Shown: in pieces, positions 11,340 through 25,220 of the stretch
How positions within the stretch are numbered: the first letter of the stretch is position 1
Layout: every line of letters starts with the position of its first letter
Translations under genes and position numbers: made by a program
The notes under the pieces: model-generated
Databases searched by the model: none
Seen by the model: only the letters and a program-made list of their open reading frames with translations
What the model was told of the DNA's origin: nothing
Assembly: GCA_964016885.1 (NCBI GenBank)
Contig: OZ024742.1
Location: 151,900,001 to 151,964,000 of the forward strand
Direction of reading: 5' to 3'
From: Eledone cirrhosa
Lineage: Eukaryota
Length of the DNA: 64,000 nt

Positions 11340-14300
11340 TAGTAAGTGGTAAGATATAACCTGTGGGATATATAACTTTTGTATTGAAACTGTAGAATTT
11401 GAGCTAGACAGGGATATATAGTGTTATTATAGTGGTAACCTGTGGGCTATATAACTTTCATATTGAAACAGCAGAATCTGAGCTAGACAGGGATATATAA
11501 TGTTATTATAGTCGTAAGGTATAACCTGTGGGCTATATAACTTTCATATTGAAACAGCAGAATCTGAGCTAGACAGGGATATATAATGTTATTATAGTCG
11601 TAAGGTATAACCTGAGGGCTATATAACTTTCATATTGAAACAGCAGAATCTGAGCTAGACAGGGATATATAATGTTATTATAGTCGTAAGGTATAACCCG
11701 TGGGCTATATAACTTTCATATTGAAACAGCAGAATCTGAGCTAGACAGGGATATATAATGTTATTATAGTCGTAAGGTATAACCTGTGGGCTTATATAAC
11801 TTTCATATTGAAACAGCAGAATCTGAGCTAGACAGGGATATATAATGTTATTATAGTCGTAAGGTATAACCTGTGGGCTATATAACTTTCATATTGAAAC
11901 AGCAGAATCTGAGCTAGACAGGGATATATAATGTTATTATCGTCGTAAGGTATAACCCGTGGGCTATATAACTTTCATATTGAAACAGCAGAATCTGAGC
12001 TAGACAGGGATATATAATGTTATTATAGTCGTAAGGTATAACTCGTGGGCTATATAACTTTTGTATTGAAACAGTAGAATCTGAGCTTGACAGGGATATA
12101 TAGTGTTATTATAGTGGTAAGGTATAGCCTGTGGGATATATAACTTTCATATTGAAACAGCAGAATCTGAGCTAGACAGGGATATATAATGTTATTATAG
12201 TCGTAAGGTATAACCTGTGGGCTATATAACTTTCATATTGAAACAGCAGAATCTGAGCTAGACAGGGATATATAATGTTATTATAGTCGTAAGGTATAAC
12301 CCGTGGGCTATATAACTTTTGTATTGAAACAGTAGAATCTGAGCTTGACAGGGATATATAGTGTTATTATAGTGGTAAGGTATAGCCTGTGGGATATATA
12401 ACTTTCATATTGAAACAGCAGAATCTGAGCTAGACAGGGATATATAATGTTATTATAGTCGTAAGGTATAACCTGTGGGCTATATAACTTTCATATTGAA
12501 ACAGCAGAATCTGAGCTAGACAGGGATATATAATGTTATTATAGTCGTAAGGTATAACCCGTGGGCTATATAACTTTCATATTGAAACAGCAGAATCTGA
12601 GCTAGACAGGGATATATAATGTTATTATAGTCGTAAGGTATAACCCGTGGGCTATATCACTTTTGTATTGAAACAGCAGAATCTGAGCTAGACAGGGATA
12701 TATAATGTTATTATAGTCGTAAGGTATAACCCGTGGGCTATATAACTTTCATATTGAAACAGCAGAATCTGAGCTAGACAGGGATATATAATGTTATTAT
12801 AGTCGTAAGGTATAACCCGTGGGCTATATAACTTTCATATTGAAACAGCAGAATCTGAGCTAGACAGGGATATATAATGTTATTATAGTCGTAAGGTATA
12901 ACCCGTGGGCTATATAACTTTCATATTGAAACAGCAGAATCTGAGCTAGACAGGGATATATAATGTTATTATAGTCGTAAGGTATAACCCGTGGGCTATA
13001 TAACTTTCATATTGAAACAGCAGAATCTGAGCTAGACAGGGATATATAATGTTATTATAGTCGTAAGGTATAACCTGTGGGCTATATAACTTTCATATTG
13101 AAACAGCAGAATCTGAGCTAGACAGGGATATATAATGTTATTATAGTCGTAAGGTATAACCCGTGGGCTATATAACTTTCATATTGAAACAGCAGAATCT
13201 GAGCTAGACAGGGATATATAATGTTATTATAGTCGTAAGGTATAACCCGTGGGCTATATAACTTTCATATTGAAACAGCAGAATCTGAGCTAGACAGGGA
13301 TATATAATGTTATTATAGTCGTAAGATATAACCCGTGGGCTATATAACTTTTGTATTGAAACAGCAGAATCTGAGTTGACAGGGATATATAGTGTTATTA
13401 TTAAATGGTAAGGTATAACCTGTGGGATATATAACTTTTGTATTGAAACAGCAGAATCTGAGTTGACAGGGATATATAGTGTTATTATAGTGGTAAGGTA
13501 TAACCTGTGGGATATATAACTTTTGTATTGAAACAGTAGAATCTGAGTTGACAGGGATATATAGTGTTATTATTAAATGGTAAGGTATAACCTGTGGGAT
13601 ATATAACTTTTGTATTGAAACAGCAGAATCTGAGTTGACAGGGATATATAGTGTTATGATAGTGGTAAGGTATAGCCTGTGGGATATATAACTTTTGTAT
13701 TGAAACAGTAGAATCTGAGTTGACAGGGATATATAGTGTTATTATTAAATGGTAAGGTATAACCTGTGGGATATATAACTTTTGTATTGAAACAGCAGAA
13801 TCTGAGTTGACAGGGATATATAGTGTTATTATAGTGGTAAGGTATAACCTGTGAGATATATAACTTTTGTATTGAAACAGTAGAATCTGAGTTGACAGGG
13901 ATATATAGTGTTATTATAGTGGTAAGGTATAACCTGTGGGATATATAACTTTTGTATTGAAACAGCAGAATCTGAGTTGACAGGGATATATAGTGTTATT
14001 ATAGTGGTAAGGTATAACCTGTGGGATATATAACTTTTGTATTGAAACAGCAGAATCTGAGTTGACAGGGATATATAGTGTTATTATAGTGGTAAGGTAT
14101 AACCTGTGGGATATATAACTTTTGTATTGAAACAGCAGAATCTGAGTTGACAGGGATATATAGTGTTATTATAGTGGTAAGGTATAACCTGTGGGATATA
14201 TAACTTTTGTATTGAAACAGCAGAATCTGAGTTGACAGGGATATATAGTGTTATTATAGTGGTAAGGTATAACCTGTGGGATATATAACTTTTGTATTGA

Positions 14301-14880
14301 AACAGCAGAATCTGAGTTGACAGGGATATATAATGTTATTATTAAATGGTAAGGTATAACCTGTGGGCTATATAACTTTTGTATTGAAACAGTAGAATCT
14401 GAGTTGACAGGGATATATAGTGTTATTATAGTGGTAAGGTATAGCCTGTGGGCTATATAACTTTTGTATTGAAACAGTAGAATCTGAGCTAGACAGGGAT
14501 ATATAATGTTATTATAGTGGTAAGGTATAGCCTGTGGGCTATATAACGATTATAGCTAAGCAAAAGAATATGTGGTACACTGGCATATATAGTGTTATTA
14601 CAAAGGAAAGATATAAACTGTAGGCTATTTTAACCATTATAGTTAAACAGTAGAATCAGTGATACACTGGGATGTTTAGTGCTGTTACACGGAAAGATAT
14701 AACCAGTGGGATAACTATGATAACTTTGATAGCTTTCGGCCAGTATTGGCCCAGGTCAGAAACAGTAGAATCTAAGGTAGACAGGAATATATAATGTTAT
14801 TACAGTGGTAAGATATAACCAGTGGGTTATATAACCATTATAAGTAAACAGTAGAATTAGTGGTACATTGGGATATATAG
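11340..14880. repeat. 86-bp satellite array, about 37 well-conserved units plus a degenerate right flank
   Basis: Unit GTCGTAAGGTATAACCTGTGGGCTATATAACTTTCATATTGAAACAGCAGAATCTGAGCTAGACAGGGATATATAATGTTATTATA; period measured from 11521 to 11607. Confidence 0.97.
14711..14758 (-). mobile_element. Extremely 5'-truncated CR1-group LINE 3' end
   Basis: Reverse complement TGACCTGGGCCAATACTGGCCGAAAGCTATCAAAGTTATCATAGTTAT matches the LINE 3' end at 63183-63240. Confidence 0.8.
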
Positions 14881-15356
14881 AAAGATGGGTAGGAAACTAT
14901 AAGGCAATGAATTTACAGAGTTGTTAGCAAATCGGCTAGAATACTTTGCGGTATTCGGTTTGTATCACTTGCATTCAGAGTCCCGCTTCCTCTGAAGTTA
15001 ACCTCTCCTCCTTTTGAGGTCGAAAAAAAATGTATTGACGTTGATTCTTCATCTATACCTCTTTCTCACTTCCTCTCTATCATTTACTCTCAATATCGCT
15101 GTTTCGGAGACCCACCGTTTATTTGTGGAAAGGTTCTACCAAAACCCCCTGCGCTCAAATAGATATTGGGATACTTAATACAAAATTATTCATTTGTGTA
15201 AATGTATTCACTACTAATCAAGAAAACAAAAGTGATATATATATATATATATTCGATTATACAAATAAATATATTTTTGTAAAATCTTTATTCAAAGGCT
15301 ATTCGCTATTCGGAACAGTGAGTTTCGCGATGTTATCACCGAGAATTACACAGAAT

Positions 15357-15398
15357 TATATATATATATGTGTATATATATATATATATCTACAGATT

Positions 15399-15481
<83 letters not shown>
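15357..15481. repeat. (TA)n/(TG)n microsatellite
   Basis: Direct reading. Confidence 0.95.
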
Positions 15482-15484
<3 letters not shown>

Positions 15485-15884
15485 CATTTAAAGCAGGCAT
15501 ATTTTCTCTTTCTTTTTTTTATATAATATAGTACTAACAGAATAAGATAAGATAGGAAGCCAAATTGACACCGCTAACTCTGTTGAGAAGTTTTCCATGT
15601 GAAGTTTTAATAATTCATTATAAATGCTTAGGTGGCATCGAACTAGAGACAAGTGATGTGTCAGGAATAACTGTGTGCTTATGAATTAGTAAATACATGT
15701 AAACACCGTCCTGTCACAAATTTACGAGATTTTATGTTTTCAAACTGCTTAATAATGAACGGGAGAAGCATGTGAAAAGAAAGAGTAAATAACAGAGAAT
15801 TACAAAAAAATACTCCATTTCTGCAAACAAGATTAAAAAGAAGGCACATACGCACTTACGCCTATATCCATAGGCACTCAACTA

Positions 15885-17115
<1,231 letters not shown>

Positions 17116-17642
17116 AATTGCAGCCGGGAGATTGCAATAACGTTGACAACTTGACGCTCCATCTGTCAACAATTTGATCTTGAGTTTCGTTGTAGCAGTT
17201 AGGATTTGTGTACTGCCTTAGAAAGACGATGTCACATTGATATTCATTGAAATAACGAACAGTCAACAACAGAATAAATATGCTTTTAATTCTTTTATTC
17301 GCTCTTCTTATTTGTGTAATGCTCTTACATGGTGTCGTGATAAACAAAAGCAATGAGGTACAAGTCATTCGCAATGCGAACAATGACAGAATGCAGAAGA
17401 TAGAGGTTATTCATACAAATATGTACACACACTTACATAAACTCTCTTTCACACACACACAAACTCATACACACATGCATACATACAATGTAACATATTC
17501 ACAATGTAACATATGCACACACACACAAATATGTATATACAAATAAATACGAACTCACACTGGAATACATACACAAACACATATTTTATATTTATTGCGT
17601 TCGTCAGTTTTGCTCTATCTTGAAATGCCTGTGTTTGGAAAA

Positions 17643-17643
<1 letters not shown>

Positions 17644-17690
<47 letters not shown>

Positions 17691-17703
17691 GCTTATACTA
17701 CTA
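17644..17703. repeat. (CTA)n microsatellite
   Basis: Direct reading. Confidence 0.95.
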
Positions 17704-17896
17704 ATCTTTAAATCACAGATTACAGTGTTTAAATAAAGACACATTCGATGATGTGGTCGAAGATAGAATATATCTGGAATAAGAAACTTCAAAAATGATC
17801 CGTTGAATCAGATTTAAGAAGAATCAGAATCAAAGTATTTAAGAAAACAACAACAGCAATCAGGAAAATACAAAATACAGAACCTATATACAAGTA

Positions 17897-18135
17897 AATA
17901 ATGGTTTTTGATTTAGGCACAAGTCCAGCAATGTGTAGGGTTGGGGAGGGGTGTGGGGTGGGGTGGGGGGGGGGGGGAGTGAGTCGATTAAATCGATGCC
18001 AGTGCATGACTGGTACTTTAGTTATATACCCCGTAAAGAGGAAAGGCAAAGCTAAGCTCAGCGGGATTTCAACTCAGAACGTAAATGGTCATAATTCAAT
18101 GCCACAAAACATGGTGTCCGACGCTCTACCGATGA
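17897..18135 (-). mobile_element. tRNA-derived SINE (Nin-domain-like core)
   Basis: Same core and tail as 6892-7078. Confidence 0.88.
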
Positions 18136-19078
18136 AAAGCGTAACCAAAATACATGAAAAGCATATATTAATAATTATACAGATATTTAAAAAACATTCA
18201 TACCTGAATTGCACATGACAAATAGTCAACTTGATGGCCAAGACACCGACGCAACATAGTTTCAAAGAATCAGGGACAATCTCAGTCACACTACACCAGA
18301 CCCACACAGTATCAAACAACGAGGAATAAGTGTAATCACTGCCATGGAGGAAACTCCATAATATATACATATTTACGCAGTTTTATTTTATAAATTCCAG
18401 TATGTCGCTAATGCCGCATGGCATCAACAAAACGTAATTGAACAATTCATTCTAAATCGTTCTCACTTACAAAACCTTATGCTTTTACGTTAATAATTAA
18501 AGATTTCCTTTATTCATATAGTCCCGCATCGTATATTATTAGTTGACGTGGCTTGTCGGGTTAACATGTTCATCATAATGGATGAAGTATTTTCTATCGT
18601 TTAATATTTAATACTCCTTTAAGATGACTGTCGTTTGTAATATGTTCAGTAAGCTAATCTCTTATAGACATCTTCATTATTACACAATATATTTGTTATT
18701 AAGATATAAACGTCTCGTCAAGTGATGTTGATTTACATTGACGTAAGAAAGAAATTGGATTCTATTTGTATTCTTTTTTCATTTCACCTTTAGTTAATCA
18801 AGAGAGGTATGTACGGTTGAATGGCGGGTAAAATTCTGGGGAATTGACTACTTCTGGTTGTTGATATATATCTCTTCCCTAATGGTCCTAATATCATTGG
18901 AAAAAAGGATGAATGACCCATATTCTGATTTAGTCAATGGAAGTAAATCTTGTTATTTTGAAAAAAAAAAAAAGTTAAAATAGTTATGTCAGTTAACATC
19001 CTCGATTGATTTGCAGCAGCTCCACTAATAATATCAACAAATAAAACAATCTATATCTATAAAAATGAAAATGTCTGT

Positions 19079-19123
<45 letters not shown>

Positions 19124-19609
19124 TGTGTGTGTGTGTGTGTTACGCAACAACTTTTGATCCGCAAGGCCGATTTTCAAATTTCTTTTTGTAATCAACCACA
19201 AATTTACCTTATCAGGGCAGGTCGGCACGACATTGCAAATGATCAACTCCCCCTTTGTCCACGTAAAAAAATCGATAAAACTGACTATAGGTACGACTTT
19301 GCACAGAAAATATCTCTATATCTATAAAAGTGAAAAAGAAAGAGTGAGAGTGAAAGAAACAGACAGACTAAAAAAGGGGGAGAGCGGGAGAGAGAAAGAG
19401 AGAGAGGGAGCGACAGACGCTGTGTTTGATACATGACAGTGGAAGAGGGGAAGGAAAGCTATAACTAATTAACATGTGTGCGTGTGTGTGTGTGCGTGCG
19501 TGTGTGTGTGTGTGTTCGAGCAGCGTTCCAGTAAGAGTTAAATCTAGTAAGATGTGTGTGTACGTGCACATGTGCGTGCGTGAGTTTGCGTGCGTTTGAG
19601 CGTTTACGC

Positions 19610-19646
<37 letters not shown>

Positions 19647-19910
19647 TGCGTGTGGCGTTTCACTTACGCCATTTTTTTTCAGTGACAGTAGTTGTAGATG
19701 AAAATTTATTTATAAACGGTATACTACTTATTTTATTACGAACTAGAATAAATAATCCTTCCTCCAACGACTACTTCTTCAGCGATAGGCAAAGTCACCT
19801 CTTCTCACCATACTTAAATTCAATTGCAGCAAAAGGTTACTTCTGCATATTATACAATGCCACGGCGAAAAAGATGCCTACTTGGTTGATCTTCAGCTTC
19901 AGCTTTAAAC

Positions 19911-22900
19911 ATGAAAAGAAGACGGTTGGAAGAAACGCCACAAATGACTCAATCCAGAAGAACTCACGAAGCTGCCCTTAGAGCTCTTGCAAGAGCTGCG
20001 ACTGAAGATGAAGAACGTTCAAAACGACTAGACAGAAATGCTGCCTCAACTTCGATTGCAAGATCTTCAGAGAATAAGGGAAAGCGATTATTCCGCCAAA
20101 AGAAAAATGCTGAAGCAATTGCTATTGCACGAGCTGCAGAAAACGAAACACAACGTTCGCTGCGACAGCAGCGAAATGCTGCATCAACTTCTGCTGCTAG
20201 AAATGCAGAAAACGATGCTCAACGCTCACTGCGACAGAAAATAAATGCAGAGGCCACTGCTATTACACGAGCTGCGGAAACTGAAACACAACGTTTGCTG
20301 CGACAGCAAAGAGTTGCTGCATCAACTTCTGCTACACGCGCTAGAGAAACCGTTGAACACCGACAACAACGGCTGGGCGACAACGCACGTCGCAGAGCTT
20401 CTGCACAGGGTCTTTCAAAGCCTTGCAGAACACGGTGGTCGCTTAAGGAATTTAACTATGACCCAAACGATAGTTATAAGACGCATCCAGATATCCAAAT
20501 TAGCAATATCTCTACAATTTGCTCACTTTGCAATGCTAAAGAATGGCCAGAGGAAGCTAAAGGAATGTGCTGCGCCAATGGTGAAGTCAAACTGCCCCTT
20601 CTTCAGGACCCCCCCTCAGCCGTTGAAGTTCCTACTGGCAGGCGCGACGTCGGAGTCGAGAAAATTTCTTCGAGGAAAAAAAGCCAGTACAACTGCGCCT
20701 TCCAAATGACCTCCTTCGGATCAAACATTGTCAATGAAGGTGGATTTATGCCTACTTTCAAAGTGCAGGGGCAGGTTTACCACAGGATCGGATCACTCTT
20801 ACGTATGGAAAATGCAGAGCACAACTTCCTTCAGATTTACTTCATTGCTGACTACCGAGAACAGGCAGAGAGACGGAAAGCCGTTTCACCCAAAACCAAT
20901 CCAGAGCTGCTAATTCAACTTCAAGAAATGCTGCATACGAACAACAGTTACGTGATTAGCTTCAAATATGCCCTGGAAAATGCACCTTTAAATAACTCCA
21001 ACTTGGTTCTCAGTGCTGAAGAAAGACCACCCGGACAGCATGCCGGTCGCTATAATCCAAGCACATGCAATGAAGTTGCTATAGTCCTCCATAGTGATCA
21101 ACACAACAGAAGAGACGTTGTTCTTAAACGTCGTGACAACACCCTTCAACGGATCAGTGAGATACACAGATCATACGATGCACTGATGTATCCATTTCTC
21201 TTTCCGCGTGGTGAAAACGGATACCACACCACGATCCGCAGTTCAACCCACTGGCACCTTACCAACCCACCAATAAGACAGCGTCTTGTATGCAATTCTA
21301 TGCCTACCACTTCATGGTCCACGACAACTGCTTTAACCACCTTCATCGTTTACAACTATTCAATTTGCTGTAGACATGGCCGCGAAAATGGAAAGTGAAC
21401 GACTGTGCTTCATAAGATTAAACCAGATAAAACTACGCTGCGACGATTACATTCACCTACGTGATGGAATGAACAATAATGAAAACCCAGATAACATTGG
21501 AAAAGTTTGCATTTTTCCTTCAACCTTCGAAGGAAGTCCCCGTTGTGTCCATTCAAGAACTCAGGACGCGATGACATATGTGCGCGAGTACGGCAAACCA
21601 GACCTATTTATTACTTTTACATGCAATCCTTCGTGGCAAGAAATTACCCATGAACTCCTTCCAGGACAACAGCCCAGCGGTCGCGATGACCTCTGATCCA
21701 GCGTTTTCGAGCTAAAAGTATACAAACTAATGGACCTTATCACAAAGGGCCAGGTATTTGGATGTGTGCAATGTTACATGTACACGATTGAATGGCAGAA
21801 GCGGGGACTCCCCCATGCTCACATTCTTATTTGGTTGTCGACAAAAATCAGAGCAGACGACATCGACAAGATCATATCCTCAGAGCTTCCAAACCCGCAA
21901 ACTGACAAAACCCTATTTCACAGGGTTACGGTGCACATGGTTCATGGTCCTTGTGGACGTGGCTTCAAATCTAACGCCCCATGTTTGAACAACGGTATTT
22001 GCTCCAAAGAATACCCAAAAGCCTTCCTTCGCAAGACTCAAACTGTTGATGTCGGATACCCATCATACAGACGAAGTAGACGGCGGATTAACAGCACCGG
22101 TTGGAAAACATGAAATTGACAACCGATGGATTGTACCGTACTGCCCATTACTACTGAAGGCGTTCAACTCCCACATAAATGTTGAATGATGCAACTCTAT
22201 TAAATCAATCAAATATGTCTGCAAGTATATAAATAAGGGCCCCGATGCCGCCATGTTCGGGCTTAAAGAAAAAAACAAACGGGATGAAGTTGCACAGTAC
22301 CAATCAGTACGATATATAAGTACCAGCGAGGCCTTTTGTCGAATTTACCGTTTCTCAATGCACAGAAGATACCCTGCCGTCCAACATCTTGCTGTGCACC
22401 TGGAAAACAGCCAAAGAGTGTACTATACAAAACAAACAGCTTTTCTGAGGGCTCTGCAACCAAGGAACAAAACTCTTACTGCATTCTTTCAACTATGTCA
22501 AGGTGACGCATTCACTCGCACTTTGCTGTATCCCCAAGTTTTCTCTTTCTATAAATGGGAAAAATATTCATGGAAGCCAAGAATCAAAGGTGAAAGCGTT
22601 GATGGTCATCCAGATTTTAACTTTGACAGCTGCCTGGCGCGAGTTTACACAGTGCCCCCCCCCAAATCTACCAAGAATATTACTACCTGCGTATGCTTCT
22701 CCATGACGTAAGAGGTCCAACCAGTTTTCAACACCTAAGAACTGTTGATGGCCAAATTTGCGACACGTACAGAGAGGCCTGCCTCAGGCGTGGACTACTG
22801 GAAGATGGTGCTCAGTGGGATGCCACTTTGGCAGAATTAGTTGTTTCACAAATGCCACACAGCCTTAGGAAGCTTTTTGCTGTCTTACTGTACATTTGTG

Positions 22901-24478
22901 AATTTCCCGATCCTTCCTTTTTGTGGCTCAAGCACAGAGATGGCCTCTCTGAGGACTTCAGACATCAAGCACAATTACAACTTCCTGACATGGAAGTAGG
23001 CTTCACAGATGAAATCTACAACAAAGCACTTATTGAAATTGAAAATATGATTGCTGCAATGGGTGGGAATGCACTGCAGACATATGGCCTGCCCCAAACC
23101 AACAGAACAGGCTCCGACGTCATTTCCGCAGAAAAACTTCGGGAACTATCCTACGACACTGACAGCTTGGCTACATATGTCACTGAACATGAACCAATGC
23201 TGCTGCAGGAACAGGAACGAGCATTTGCTGACTGTGTCCACCGTCGTACGGGAGGAATCTTTTTCTTGGACGCCCCTGGAGGCAAAGGGAATACTTTTGT
23301 CATACAGCTTCTCCTTGCCAAGGTTCGACAACACAGGCACATAGAACCTGCTGTTGCGTCTTCCGGTATTGCAGCAACCTTGCTTCCTGGGGACAGGACA
23401 GTACATTCAGCCTTCAAACTCCCCCTCAATATGACAGCAAATGACACACCCTGCTGTAATATTACCAAAGGATCAGAAAAGGCAGAACTGCTTAAAAAGT
23501 GTGAACTTATAGTTTGGGACGAATATACCATAGCTCATAAAGGAGCTTTGGAGGCACAGGATTGGACGTTAAGAGACTTAAGAGACTCCCAGGATCCCAT
23601 GGGAGGCGTGACTGTCCTTTTATCTGGAGATATTAGACAAACCCTCCCTGTTATTCCCAAAGGAACAAGGGCTGATGCTATTCGAGCTCGGATGCTTGGT
23701 GACCAAGTGTCATCAGATTTTGCTACCAACCTATTGACACTTGGGAACGGCAAAGTGCCACTTGATGAAGATGACAAAATCTCCCTCGCACCGGTCTGCA
23801 CTTTATTCGACAGTGCTGACGACTTAACAGATGCAGTATTCCCTGAGTTGAGCACTAACTACCAAAATCCAAACTGGCTGTGCGAAAGGGAAACTGGCCC
23901 CCTAAAATGAGACTGTCGACAAAATCAACGGGCAACTGCTTAAGTCTCTTCCTACAGCTTCGTGTACACACAAGTCCATCGATACAGTCACAGACCCCAT
24001 TAACTACCCAATTGAGTTTCTTAACTCATTGAACCCCTGCGGGTTGCCATCTCATCGATTTGAACTTAAGCAAGGATGCCCAATTATACTTTTAAGGAAT
24101 CTACACCCACCAAAACTCTGCAACGACACCCGCCTTACAGTAAATAAACTAACGCAAAACTTGATCGAGGCGACGATTCTCTCGGGGTGTGGAAAGGGGG
24201 AAAATGTTTTTATTCCAAGGATTCCCCTTTGTCCGTCAACATCAGAGATCCCCTTTTCATTTAGGAGGCTCCAGTTTCCAGTTCGTTGTAGTTTCGCTAT
24301 TACGATAAATAAGTCTCAGGGGCAAACATTGTCTGTCGCGGGAATCAACCTATAAGAGCCATGCTTTTCGCACGGTCAGCTATACGTTGGATATTCCAGA
24401 GTGGGAAGCAAAAGAAACCTTTACGCATTTGCTCCAAACGGTAAAACCACAAACATTGTGTACCAAGAAGTTATGTAA
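19911..24478 (+). pseudogene. Helitron Rep/Pif1-helicase (RepHel), broken by frameshifts and stops
   Basis: Rep motifs: PDLFITFTCNPSW, IEWQKRGLPHAHILIW (HUH), KYVCKYINKG. Helicase motifs: FFLDAPGGKGNTF (mutated Walker A), LIVWDE, GDIRQTLPV, QFPV..FAITINKSQGQT, HGQLYV. Confidence 0.96.
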
Positions 24479-24529
24479 TCAACACTGCGATACAAACTGT
24501 CTTCTAACAGTCAAATACCTCGCTGCTTT

Positions 24530-25220
24530 CAATAATTACCAAATTGTAGACATACTGCCTTTTTGAAATTCATAACACCATACTTTTCAACAGTAAACGT
24601 TGTGACCACTTTGAGCTGCACGGTATTGAAATGCACGTTCCCCTCTGGTTGGTTGAGACAGTTTTCCATGGATTCGCCAGCGCGTGCAGCAGACGTTGAT
24701 TCACATGTCTTTGCTGCCGCAGTTGACGCTGTGTTTCGGTTGAAACAGCTCGAGCTGCGGAAGTTGACTCCCATTTCTTTGCTGCCGTAGTTGACGCTTT
24801 GTTTCGGTTGTTGCAGCTCGAGCTGCGGAAGTTGACTCCCATTTCTTTGCTGCCGTAGTTGACGCTTTGTTTCGGTTGTTGCAGCTCGAGCTGCGGAAGT
24901 TGCCTCAGTATTTCTATGCCGCCGTAATGAACGCTGTGGTTCGTTCTCTGCATCTCCTGCAATAGACGTTGCCTCAATATTTGCTTTCTGTCGCAGTGAA
25001 GGTTGAGAATCGTTTTCTGCACCTCAAGCAGCAGCAGTTGCCTCAGCATTTATTTGCTGTCGCATCGAACGTTGTGTTTCGTTTTCTGCATCTCGTGCAA
25101 TAGAAGTTGTTTCAGCATTTTTCTTTTGGCGTAATAAACGCTATTCGTTATTCTCTGTTACTTTTGCAATCGAGGTTGGTGCAGAATTTGTGTTGAGGAA
25201 TTTTGAGCGTCCTTCATGTT
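24530..25220 (-). pseudogene. Inverted, diverged copy of the Helitron RepHel N-terminal repeat region
   Basis: The reverse complement of 25081-25200 aligns with 20030-20140 (e.g. CGCCAAAAGAAAAATGCTGAA, CTATTGCACGAG). Confidence 0.88.

Noticed and set aside
11340-14880. CRISPR-like regular array
   Set aside because: Units are contiguous with no unique spacers, there are no cas genes, and the context is eukaryotic.
19911-24478. Functional host Pif1 helicase or active Helitron
   Set aside because: Linked to a HUH Rep domain; multiple stops and frameshifts, a mutated Walker A and an internal deletion near 23685.
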